Below are positions 50,301 to 60,964 of a stretch of 64,000 nt of DNA, piece after piece. This DNA is from an uncultured cyanobacterium (GTDB taxonomy: Bacteria > Cyanobacteriota > Cyanobacteriia > Cyanobacteriales > CAWUOF01). Every line of letters begins with the position of its first letter. Position 1 is the first letter of the stretch. Location: assembly GCA_963744145.1 (NCBI GenBank), contig CAVUSO010000001.1, positions 7,264,001 through 7,328,000 on the forward strand. The letters are read 5' to 3'. Made by a program: the position numbers and the translations under genes. The notes beneath the pieces are model-generated. The model had not been told where the DNA came from, did no database searches, and saw only the letters and a program-made list of their open reading frames with translations.

Positions 50301-51761
50301 ATGACCATCTTGCTGTACAACACTCTTACCCGTCGCGAAGAACCTTTAGAAACTCTCGAAGCAGGCAAAATCCGGATTTATGGCTGCGGTGTGACGGTGT
50401 ATGATTATTGTCATTTGGGTCATGCTCGCTCTTACATAGTTTGGGATATCCTGCGGCGGTATCTACAATGGCGGGGGTATGAGGTGCGCTATGTGCAAAA
50501 TTTTACCGATATTGATGATAAAATCCTGAATCGGGCGAAACAAGAAGGATCATCAATGGAAACTGTGGCTGAACGGTTTATTGATGCCTATTTTCAAGAT
50601 TTAGATCGGCTTAACGTCAAAAGAGCAGATGAATATCCACGAGCAACTCATACCTTGGATGGGATCAAACGGTTGATTCATGAGTTGGAATCTCAGGGTT
50701 ATGCTTATCCGGCTGGAGGAGATGTTTATTATGCCGTACAGCGATTCGCTGAATATGGTAAACTGTCTGGTCGCAAGCTCGAAGATCTGCAAGCTGGAGC
50801 GAGTGGTCGGGTAGAGGTGGAGGATTCTGATGTTCAGAAAAAGAAATATCCCTTTGATTTTGCCCTCTGGAAAGCTGCGAAATCTGGTGAACCTTTCTGG
50901 AATTCTCCTTGGGGTGATGGTCGTCCTGGGTGGCACATCGAATGTTCGGCTATGGTTCGCGATCGCTTAGGAGATACGATTGATATTCATGTTGGTGGTG
51001 CTGACTTAATTTTTCCCCACCACGAAAATGAAATTGCCCAATCGGAAGCAGTCACTGGTAAACCTTTGGCTCGCTACTGGCTCCATAATGGGATGGTCAC
51101 GGTAGCTGGTGAAAAAATGTCCAAGTCCTTGGGCAATTTTATTACTATTCGTGAGTTACTCGATCGTCCTAATGCCCCAGATCCAATGGCTTTACGTTTA
51201 TTTGTCTTACAAGCCCAATATCGCAAACCCATCGATTTTACGGATGAGGCGATCGCTAGTGCCCAAAATAGTTGGCATACTCTGAAAGAAGGCTTGTTAT
51301 TTGGCGAAAAATATGCTAAGAAGTTGGGCTGGGAATTAGAAACATCCCCATCGACCTTATTAGATGTCAAAGCTGTTGAAAGATTTCAAGCAGGGTTAGA
51401 TCATGATTTTAATACCCCTGAAGGTTTAGCAGTTTTATTTGAATTAGCTAAAGAATTACGTCGAGTAGGTAATATTTTAGTCCATGAAGGAAAAACAGAG
51501 ACTTCCTCAGATATCCTTTACCAACAATGGCAAACTCTGGTTGTTTTAGCCCAGGTTTTGGGTTTAGAAGCTAAACTGGAACCAGAATCAGATATCTGTC
51601 AGGGATTAACTGATCAGGAGATTGAAGATTTAATTAACCAACGACAAGCAGCAAGGAAATCGAAAAATTTTGCCGAAAGCGATCGGATTCGCAATGAACT
51701 CCAAGCTCAAGGTATTATTTTAATCGATCAACCAGGTGGAGTAACAAGTTGGCACCGCTAA
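50301..51761 (+). CDS. cysS: Cysteinyl-tRNA synthetase
   Basis: CGVTVYD..HLGH, GRPGWHIECS, FPHHENE, KMSKS. Confidence 0.97.
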   Translation: MTILLYNTLTRREEPLETLEAGKIRIYGCGVTVYDYCHLGHARSYIVWDILRRYLQWRGYEVRYVQNFTDIDDKILNRAKQEGSSMETVAERFIDAYFQDLDRLNVKRADEYPRATHTLDGIKRLIHELESQGYAYPAGGDVYYAVQRFAEYGKLSGRKLEDLQAGASGRVEVEDSDVQKKKYPFDFALWKAAKSGEPFWNSPWGDGRPGWHIECSAMVRDRLGDTIDIHVGGADLIFPHHENEIAQSEAVTGKPLARYWLHNGMVTVAGEKMSKSLGNFITIRELLDRPNAPDPMALRLFVLQAQYRKPIDFTDEAIASAQNSWHTLKEGLLFGEKYAKKLGWELETSPSTLLDVKAVERFQAGLDHDFNTPEGLAVLFELAKELRRVGNILVHEGKTETSSDILYQQWQTLVVLAQVLGLEAKLEPESDICQGLTDQEIEDLINQRQAARKSKNFAESDRIRNELQAQGIILIDQPGGVTSWHR

Positions 51762-51767
51762 GAATTT

Positions 51768-54700
51768 TCAAATTGATGCTTGAAAGGGTAAGGATATCAC
51801 AAACTCGGAACCTTCCCCAAGCACAGAATTTACTGTAATGGTTCCTCCATGTTTATCAACCACAATTTGTCTGGCGATCGCGAGTCCCAATCCAGTTCCT
51901 TTCCCAACTGCTTTAGTCGTAAATAAATGGTCAAATATTTTGGTTCTGACGGTCTCATTCATCCCAATTCCATTATCAGCAATACTAATTTTTACTTGGT
52001 GATTATCGGCTGATGTTTTAATAGTAATTCGGCTAGGTTTTAACTTAATTTCCTCTAAACTACGTCTTTCATTTAAGTCACCTAAAGCATCAATTGCATT
52101 AGCAAGTATATTCATAAACACCTGATTTAACTGACCAGGAAAACACTCGATTTGTGGTAAATCACCAAATTCCTTTATTACCTCAATAGCGGGATATTTT
52201 TCATGACCTTTAAGACGATGTTTAAGAATTAAAATTGTACTTTCAATCCCTTCATGAATATTGAATAAAACTGGGTGATCTTGATCAGCCCGGGAAAAAG
52301 TTCTTAAGCTGGTACTAATATTTTTTAATCTATTACAAGCTATATTCATTGACTCAATCATCTGCGGTAAATCTGCGCTGATATAATTTAGATCAACTTC
52401 TGTAGCGTGTTCAATAATTTCTTCGCTCTGGTGAGGGAAAGTATCCTGGTATAGTTTTAGATGGTGGATAATATCAGCTACCGTAGTTTTAGTTTGTGCT
52501 AGAGTCGCAGCAATAAAGCCCAAGGGATTATTCATTTCATGAGCTATTCCAGCAACTAAGTTACCGAGAGCAGACATTTTTTCACTTTGCACAATTTGCA
52601 ATTGAGCTTGTTGTAAATCTTGGAGAGCTTGCTGTGCTTGTTGGTAGAGTCGAGCATTTTCTATGGATATAGCAGCTTGAGCAGAAAGTAAGTGAATAAC
52701 TTGCAAACGTTCTGGGGTAAATACTCCCGTAGTAATTCTATTTTCCAGATATAAAATCCCCAACTTATGACCTTGATGGAGAATTGATGTGCATAATCCA
52801 CTTTGGGGTTGATGTTGAAGAATATATTCGTCAGTTAGTCCTGAGATATTTGGTTGACATTTATCTATAATAACAGATTTGCCCGTATGTTTGACGTAAT
52901 TAATTATTTGACGCGGTATATATTCACAATGGTCAATTTCTTCAGTTACTAGGAGATTTTGAATCAGAGATGGTGAGCTTTTGTCTTGATTAATCATAGT
53001 AATTACTCGGACTTGCCAAATATTTTCTTGCCCCAGCATTAAGATTGCTTTTTTGGCTCCGGAATTTTCTAAGATAATTTTATTCAAATGTAGAATTAAT
53101 TGATCTAATTCAATATAACTAGAAATTACTTGCGCTGCTTTGATAATAGAGTTTAAATCAATTAAATCTGAAATACTGGTGCTACTATTTATGCTAGTAG
53201 TAAGATAATTCTCGATCGGAGTGGAATCATGGGTAACATTTGTAATAGTTTCCGCAGCATTCTGGTTAACTTGTCGTTGCGATCGGTTGGGTTTGAGTAG
53301 TTGAGCATATCGTTTTTCTAAGTCTGAGGTTTTAGCTTTTGCTCCCCATCGAGCATAGCAATAGTAAGCTTCTTGCATATAAACAGTAGCAACTTTTTCT
53401 TTACCCCATTCCAGGTAGAATTTAGCAGCTAGTTCATTAGCTAAAGCTTCATCTTGAATGAATTCATTTTCTTGGGATTTACCGATCGCCAGATCGTACA
53501 AATCGATCGCTTCTAAAAAATTTCCCTCCATCCGAGCTACTTCACCTTTGACCAGAGAAAACAGGTGGAGAAAATTCTCAGGACAATTATTAGCCCAAAT
53601 TTCCAGTCGATTTTGATAGGTAGATATTTTTTCTCTGTACTCGATTTTTCCGGTTGCAGATGCGTAGGGATATAGTGCGATCAGGAGGAGTGCATAGATA
53701 AATAGATGACGGATATATGGAAGTAAACCTTGTGGTGCTACGTTAATAATTTCTGCGTCAGCTTGTTGAGCATACTCAAATGCTTCACCATATCTTTCCT
53801 CAAAGAAAAGAAACTCGGTTTTTAAGATATTGTAAATACAAATTACTTGGGAGTTTTTATGTTGACGACACTCGGTTAAATATGCAGTTTCTGAAAATTC
53901 CTCATCTGGTGCAGATAACTCAGCCTTAATCTCCATAAATTCGGCAATAATTGCTTGACCACCTCGGAGCAAATCGATCGCCCATTGATTTTTATACTTC
54001 CGACTGAAAGCTAGAGAATCAGCAATTTCTGTCCAGAGATTTTCTAGAGCAAAGCTTTGATAAAATCGACAATACATATTATGCCCGAAAGCATAAGCTG
54101 CATATTGTAAGTTACTAGATTCTAAACCGACTCGATAGGAAGCAAGATAATCTTCCGTAGCTACTTTCAGGGGATGAGACCAATGTCTGAGGGAACTACC
54201 AATCATCAAATAGGCTACACTTTCAGCAGATTTATTATTAAAGCTTTGCATTAAATTCAGTGTTACCTGGAGCAATTCTCCTGTATTTTGGTAATTATTC
54301 AGAGCATATCCGCGCAAACTACCAAAAGCCGGATAAATATATCCAATTTCCGGTGTATTGCCATATTCCCAGCAGAGATTAACTGCTTTAGCACAAATAA
54401 CCGACCATAATTGTTGGTGGGAACGATAGGTAGGAGGTCCCATACTAATTAACAGTGCGATCGCCATTTTTGCTTCTGGATCGGTCATCATTGGTAACTG
54501 AGCTAAACAAGAGAAAGAGCGATTTTGTAAATGAGTTTCTACTATTGCTAATTCAGCATCTCTTGCTGCATGGAAATTTTCTTCAGGCAGATGTATATTA
54601 ATTAAAGCTAGAGCAGCACGACCTGCTTGAATCGCTTCTGGATATTCTGCCCGTAAAGTATACTGCACGATCGCCATTTTATATACTTCCGCTTTTTCCA

Positions 54701-57189
54701 TCGGTGTTCTGGCTTGTGCTAGGGTAAGTTCAAGCCAAACTTTAGCTGTCTCGAAATTCCCATTCAAATACTCAATTTCAGCTCGTTCTTTAGATAAAGC
54801 CAAACTCATTTCATAATGGGTTTCCCAACAGTTGGCTGGCAAAAGTTCGATGGCGGTGGTAATATAGGTATAAGCGGCTTCATAAGCAGTGGAAGTTTTA
54901 GCTTTGCGACCCGCTAATAAATTCAGTTGAACGAGTTCTTCTATTTGCGTTGGTTGAGTAATTAATGTACGGCTAATATTCAAATGATTGAGGATTTCAA
55001 ATAGACGCTCTTCCCGCTCAGTAGCTGGTAAATCATTGAGGAGCAAGGTGCCAATATGCAGGTGAGTAGCTTGTTTTTGCTCATCCGCAATGAGGGTATA
55101 GGGCAGCTTGTTGAATGCGATCGTGTAAAAATCTGTAAGAGACTACAATCGTTTGATTGGTTTGACTAATATCATGATTGTCTTGGAAAAACTTGTAAGT
55201 TTCATTGAGAGGAACAATTAATCCTTCTTGCAGCGCTTTCCACAATGCTGCTGCTGCGTTTATTTCCGAAATTTCTGCCACGATCGCGAGGGTATGCAAG
55301 TCAAATTGTGCCCCAATACAAGCCGCTAGTTTCAGAATTGTTTGAGTTGGTTGTGGGAGTTTCTGCAACTGGATTGCCATAAACTCTACCACATCATCGG
55401 TTAGGCTATGGGCTTTGATTTGACTAATATTGCACTGCCAATATCCTTCATCTCGGTTGAACTGAATTAAGCTATCTTGATGCAATGCTTTGATAAATTG
55501 AGTAGTAAAAAATGGATTACCTTGAGCTTTTTGATAGACTAATTCAGTTAATGGTTTAGCTAGGGGGCGATCGCAGTTCAAAGTTTCTGCGACTAAGTAG
55601 TTGATATCTTCTTTTCCCAAGGACTGTAATGTGATTGTGTTTACAGTTACCCCGTTTTTTTGGATTTCGTTTACTGTCAAAATCAATGGATGAACTGGTG
55701 ATACTTCGTTATCTCGATAGGCACCTAAAATTAATAGGTGACCAGCCTCACTCATTAGTAATTCTAATAGCTTAAGCGAGGCAGAATCTGCCCACTGTAA
55801 GTCGTCTAAAAAAATTACCAAAGGATGGTCAACCTTAGTAAATACTTGGACAAATTTTTGAAATAATAGATTAAAGCGGTTTTGAGCAGCACTACCTGAT
55901 AGCTCTAAAGCGGTTGGTTGAGGGCCAATTAGTTCTTCTAATTCGGGAATCACCTCAATCATAATTTGTCCATTTTCTCCTAATGCTGCGCCAATTTTGG
56001 TTTTCCATTGATTTAGTTGGGCATCAGTTTCACACAGCAACTGCTTGATTAAGTCTCGAAACGCTTGGACGAAAGCACTAAACGGGATATTGCGGTTCAA
56101 TTGGTCGAATTTCCCTTTAATGAAATAACCCCTTTGTTTAACGATCGGTTTATGTACTTCATTGACTACTGCTGTTTTCCCAATCCCAGAAAATCCTGCG
56201 ACTAGTAGGATTTCTGGATGTCCCATGGACGTGCGGGTGAAAGTATCCATTAATAGCTGGATTTCCTGTTCCCGACCATAGAGTTTTTCCGGGATGAGGA
56301 ACCGCTCTGATGAGTCCCGGTGGGCGAGGGCAAACTGAGTAATTTTACCTGTTTCTTCCAGTTGCTGTAGACAAATTTCTAAATCATGCTGAAGTCCTAA
56401 AGCACTCTGATAGCGGTCTTCAGCATTTTTTGCCATCAGTTTCATCACTAGCTCTGATAGCAAGGGTGGTACGAGGGGATTCCACTGGGTCAATTCTGGA
56501 GGTTTACCCGCGATGTGACAGTGGACTAACTCCATTGGTTCTTTGGACCCGAAAGGCAATTTCCCTGTTAATAATTGGTAGAAAGTTACTCCCAAAGAAT
56601 AGTAGTCACTCCGATAATCGATCCCGCGATTCATCCGTCCGGTTTGCTCTGGTGAAATATAAGCTAGAGTCCCTTCGAGGATATTTGGACTTTGAATTTC
56701 CAGGGTTTCTCTCGGTAATAAGGAAGCGATCGAAAAGTCAATCAGTTTGATTTGGTGAGTGGTGGGGTTAATCAGAATATTAGCGGGTTTGATATCTTTG
56801 TGAATAACTCGCTTAGTGTGTAACTGATGTAGAGTTTTGGCGATTTGGAGCGCGATCGGCAGAAACTGAGCGATCGTCAGCGGTTTGTATTCAGTGAATT
56901 GCTCTAGTGAAATACCTCCAAAGTCTTCCATTACCAGCGCATATCTCCCTTGTTCAGCCTCCAAGCTGTAAGGTTTGATAATGCTGGGAATATCTAAGTT
57001 TCGCATAATTGTATATTGGTTGCGAAATTGAACTAACTCGCTAAAAGAAGGATATTCATATCGCCATATTTTGATCACTACTGATTGGGAATTTTTTTCT
57101 CTCCTTGCTCGATATACCAATGTTTTGGAGCCGATATGAATTAGTTCGATAATTTGATAATCGGAGATTTGCGGTAAGTTAATGAGCAT
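51768..57189 (-). pseudogene. Ser/Thr kinase-AAA ATPase-GAF-histidine kinase fusion split by +1 frameshift
   Basis: HKDIKPAN, DFS, GFSGIGKT, LDDLQWAD, GAF, AHEMNNP, GTGLGL; removing one base at 55101-03 gives HDRIQQAAYTLIADEQKQATHLHIG. Confidence 0.9.
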
Positions 57190-57374
57190 GGTTAATTTAT
57201 CAGTTACTAAATGTCAGTAAATATCATCAAAATTTAGCTGTTTTTTATCAGACAGACTCAGAATTTTTGGTAGCTAACTATGCCATATATAATTCTTTAG
57301 TGATACTATTGGTGTTGAGTTTCTAGTTGATAGCTATAATCAGGGAAATCGAGTTTTAGCTAAGTTTGATGGAA

Positions 57375-57470
57375 AACCTAACCCTCCAACCCCCTTCCCG
57401 ACAAGACAAGGGGGAGAATTAAGAACTCATGCTCCCCTTTCCTCTTAGGAGAGGGGCTGGGGGAGCGGTC
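57375..57470. repeat. GC-rich palindromic repeat related to 30606-30794
   Basis: AACCTAACCCTCCAACCCCCTTCCC ... GGAGAGGGGCTGGGGGAGCGGT. Confidence 0.7.
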
Positions 57471-57909
57471 AGTTTTCTATTATAATTATCTTGAATAATA
57501 TAAGCAATACCTCTTGCCTGATTTTTTTTATTTGGAATTTTTCGAGAGGATGGTTAAATCAAAATATCCTAACCTTTGTATCGATCGCTAAAAACATTAG
57601 CTCATTCAATTGAACAATTTTTATTTTAAAAAAGTAATTATCGCTAGTGATCATGGGTGATTATTTGAGGAATAAATTAAGGTAAATAGGGCGATCGCTG
57701 CTCAATTTTGCTAGTAATTTTGCTGGATGTTGTCTGTCTATAATTATACCAATTTCCTCAATGAGTCTTAAAGATGGTCTAATAATTAAGGCTCTCACAT
57801 GGGAAATTTAAGGTGACAGCAAATCCAAAAATTTGGTGGCAAGCGATCACACTCATCCGGAACAATCAACTCAAGGCATTACTTTCCTAGCTCAATCAGG
57901 TGAATAAAT

Positions 57910-58521
57910 CTAGAAAATTTTAGCAGTGTGAGCGATAGGATCAAACTCAAAGCGTTGGGAGTGGTGAGTTTCTCCATAGATATTGAAGGTGACAGTTGGT
58001 TCATTACCTAGGGTTTCAATTGAATGAATCGCTCCGGGAGTAAAACTGATGATATCCCCTGGTAACAAGATCACATCCGTTACCTGTTCCACCCGATCGG
58101 GAAACTGGGGATGAGGAACTCGTTTCCAGATGGTATTTTTTTCTTCCCCTCGGAGTATGGCAACAATACCCCAATTTCCGTGATTGTGAACAGCGAATTT
58201 TATCCCCGGTAAGTAGGTAGTAATTTGCACGGTCAGGGGATAGCCAATTTCGTCGTAAAGCATAATCACCCCAGTACCTAGATGGGGTAAAGGTTCTATG
58301 TACTGAGTCTGAATCCAGTAAGAATTGGTAATCAATCGGCGCACGATCAGCCTGAGTTGAGGTAAACAATCGGTCTCGTCGATTGCTGCTTCCAATACAT
58401 CTTCCACTTCTGTCAAAAAGCGATGAAACCGATAAGATGTCCGCAGTAAATCCCACTCTCTAGCAGATTTACAAACCTGGCACTCCCCTGTCTCTGTGAC
58501 TAACAAATCTCTATATTTCAT
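57910..58521 (-). CDS. Cupin / cysteine-dioxygenase-like protein
   Basis: VHNHGNWG...GEEKN...AIHSI...FNIYG. Confidence 0.85.
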   Translation of the reverse strand: MKYRDLLVTETGECQVCKSAREWDLLRTSYRFHRFLTEVEDVLEAAIDETDCLPQLRLIVRRLITNSYWIQTQYIEPLPHLGTGVIMLYDEIGYPLTVQITTYLPGIKFAVHNHGNWGIVAILRGEEKNTIWKRVPHPQFPDRVEQVTDVILLPGDIISFTPGAIHSIETLGNEPTVTFNIYGETHHSQRFEFDPIAHTAKIF

Positions 58522-58779
58522 GGAAATCTAATCAATATTGAGTTAAATCCAATCTATAATTAGAACATAAAGTTGCTTGATTTAGTATTATTTTTAACCA
58601 ATTGCATTTGTAGTTACAGTATCGAAATCAGATTTTTATTATGGCTGTAGTAGGCTGCCACGCTGATCCCAACTCCTGGAGTTAGAAAACTCTATAGTTA
58701 AAAAATTGTTAATTAATATTTTTTTAATATTTTCTAAATTATGAATAATTGTATCTATCCAAGTTTTTTTTGGGTTTTT

Positions 58780-58795
58780 TGTATATTATTATACA
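58780..58795. promoter_or_regulatory. Candidate NtcA-type site
   Basis: TGTA-TATTATTA-TACA matches GTA-N8-TAC, but the context is very AT-rich. Confidence 0.4.
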
Positions 58796-58823
58796 TTTTC
58801 GTTTAAAGAGGGTAATTTTTACC

Positions 58824-59027
58824 TACTCATTGAGTACAATCAATGATCATGGCAAAATTGCTGAAAAAAAATTCTTCAACTCAAGGATTGATAAGGGTTG
58901 AGCTTGAGTACAAAAATGCCTGCTTGATTCTTAATAAATACTAGCCATCTAGCCCTAAAATACTCGCACCTGTATCTATAAAAAAGTTTCAATACTGTGA
59001 GGATAAGGATTTGAGACTGTGAGTACA
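58824..59027 (+). promoter_or_regulatory. Three TGAGTACA direct repeats in a divergent promoter region
   Basis: 58831, 58905, 59020; two share an upstream GATAAGG-TTGAG; TACTCA-T-TGAGTA palindrome at 58824. Confidence 0.55.
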
Positions 59028-59246
59028 GCCTTAATCAGTTTAATTAGTTTTAATCCGAGCTAGAAACAAGGTGATCAAAATCGGTAGCTGTTATAACAAA
59101 AATGTGAATTAAACAAACTCTGTTACCAAAATCAAGGTATGGAGATCCCAGAATTCTGTAAGTTCTTTGCAGATATGGCTCAACTAGCTAACTATTCACA
59201 GGGCTAAAATGTTTTAAATTCAACCCCAAAAAAAGAGGACCGGAAT

Positions 59247-59879
59247 ATGTTGAAAGCATCTGATATTATGAGTCAAGACGTTGCTACTATTCGTGGATCA
59301 GCAACAATAGCGGAAGCAGTAAAACTGATGAGACTAAAAAATTTGCGGGCACTAATTGTCGATATCCGCAACCAACAAGATGCTTATGGAGTAATTACTC
59401 AGACGGATATAGTCAATAAGGTCGTTGCTTATGGAAAAGACTTAGAAAAAGTCCGCGTCTATGAGATTATGACCAAACCTTGTATTGTGGTTAATCCTAA
59501 TCTGCAAGTTGAATATGTAGCACGGTTATTTGCCAACACAGGTATTCGTGTTGCTCCAGTAATCAGTGGTGAGTTAATAGGTATTATTACTCAAACTGAT
59601 ATTCTCTTTAAAGGTGACTTTCTCGAAAATCCCAAAGTTCCTTTGCTGCAACGTGAATTAGCAAAAGCGATCGAGAATGCTAAATCAATTTCAGCTACGA
59701 AGGGAATTACTGCTCAGGAAGCGATTGATGCTTGGACTTTAGCAGAAGATTTGGAAGCAGAAGCTATTTACCAAGAAGGAATTCAGCCGAAGGAAAAAAC
59801 AGCTTTTCAAGAATACTGTGAAGCAAATCCATCCGTTTTACAAGCTCGACATAAAGTTTTGGTATCAACTGGATCTTAA
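59247..59879 (+). CDS. CBS-pair / CP12 fusion protein
   Basis: Two CBS domains (ASDIMS, YEIMTKP); AWTLAEDLEA and FQEYCEANP CP12-like motifs. Confidence 0.88.
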   Translation: MLKASDIMSQDVATIRGSATIAEAVKLMRLKNLRALIVDIRNQQDAYGVITQTDIVNKVVAYGKDLEKVRVYEIMTKPCIVVNPNLQVEYVARLFANTGIRVAPVISGELIGIITQTDILFKGDFLENPKVPLLQRELAKAIENAKSISATKGITAQEAIDAWTLAEDLEAEAIYQEGIQPKEKTAFQEYCEANPSVLQARHKVLVSTGS

Positions 59880-59934
59880 GCAGAGCAACTGTTCCTTAAC
59901 ATCTGAACCAACCTGTTCAGTAGAACTTCAGCAA

Positions 59935-60000
59935 AGAAACCGGGTTTCTGTGAAAAATTCCCAGTTTGTCACCAGTGTAATCTGGAGAAACCCAGTTTCT
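59935..60000. repeat. AGAAACCGGGTTTCT-type palindromic element
   Basis: AGAAACCGGGTTTCT ... AGAAACCCAGTTTCT; same family as 29032-29198. Confidence 0.75.
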
Positions 60001-60127
60001 AGTCTCGGATTACAGCAGCTCACTCTAGTCAACAAAGAACGATTTCAGGAATTATCTAGCACGGGTGAGAGATCCTCTCTTGTCCGAGCTTAAATGTTAT
60101 TTAAGTTTGAGATTCCATTCAATGGTA

Positions 60128-60649
60128 CTACTTATATTTATTTAACCACTTTTGTTTCAGCACTAAGATTTTTTTATCAATCTTAGGAAAAATAACCGCT
60201 AAACCTTGAATTAAAGTTGAGGGAATTTGGATTAAATCTACGAACAAGTTTTCTGTTTTCCCATAGAATTTGATAATCTTGACAACTCGATCAGAAAAAA
60301 TTAACCTGGACAACCAATAAACCTTAGTATATTTGACCCGATCGCAAAAAATATACAATTCTTCTACTGGCTCGGTCCAATTGACCAATATTTTATTTGC
60401 ATAAAGCAAATTGTGAACAGTGGTCATCGCTTCTTCTTCTAGCACTAAATTGACCTGATCCGTGCGATCGCTGATCAGTTGTGCCATCAACTTCGCTTCG
60501 GAGATCTGATCATTACAAGTGTAGCCTCCGCTCAAGATCAACGTAGATAGGTGTTCTTGAGTCACATAGTCAACTACAGAATTAATGTAATTTTTTATAT
60601 TTTCATTTAAAGTATTACCGTAACCACAAACAATTGCTATTTTTGTCAT
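60128..60649 (-). CDS. YdcF/DUF218-family protein
   Basis: IVCGYG, LILSGG, SEAKLM, LEEEAMTTVHN. Confidence 0.8.
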   Translation of the reverse strand: MTKIAIVCGYGNTLNENIKNYINSVVDYVTQEHLSTLILSGGYTCNDQISEAKLMAQLISDRTDQVNLVLEEEAMTTVHNLLYANKILVNWTEPVEELYIFCDRVKYTKVYWLSRLIFSDRVVKIIKFYGKTENLFVDLIQIPSTLIQGLAVIFPKIDKKILVLKQKWLNKYK

Positions 60650-60964
60650 TACTTTTTGTTAAAAAATTAGAAGATTTACATAGCCCAGGAAAAATGGCCT
60701 ATTGTCCAAATATAGACTAATTTGGCTATTTTAACAAATCTCTGGCGATTGCCATCTGGATTTACTCAGTTCACCATCTAGAAAAAAAAGATCACAGGTG
60801 GGCTTAAATAAATTGGGTAGACCAAAATAAATAATCGGTGAATTAAGAAGATAAGTAATCGGTAATTATAAATTATCAGTTACCGATTGGTGCAGCAATT
60901 TCCCAATTTTTCCCTCGTTAAATTCCTGAGCTAACCCTAATCCTCGTTGACCGATTTTTAAACA

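Noticed and set aside
57745..57765. TATACCAATTTCCTCA resembling an IS630/MITE end
   Set aside because: No matching second end found downstream
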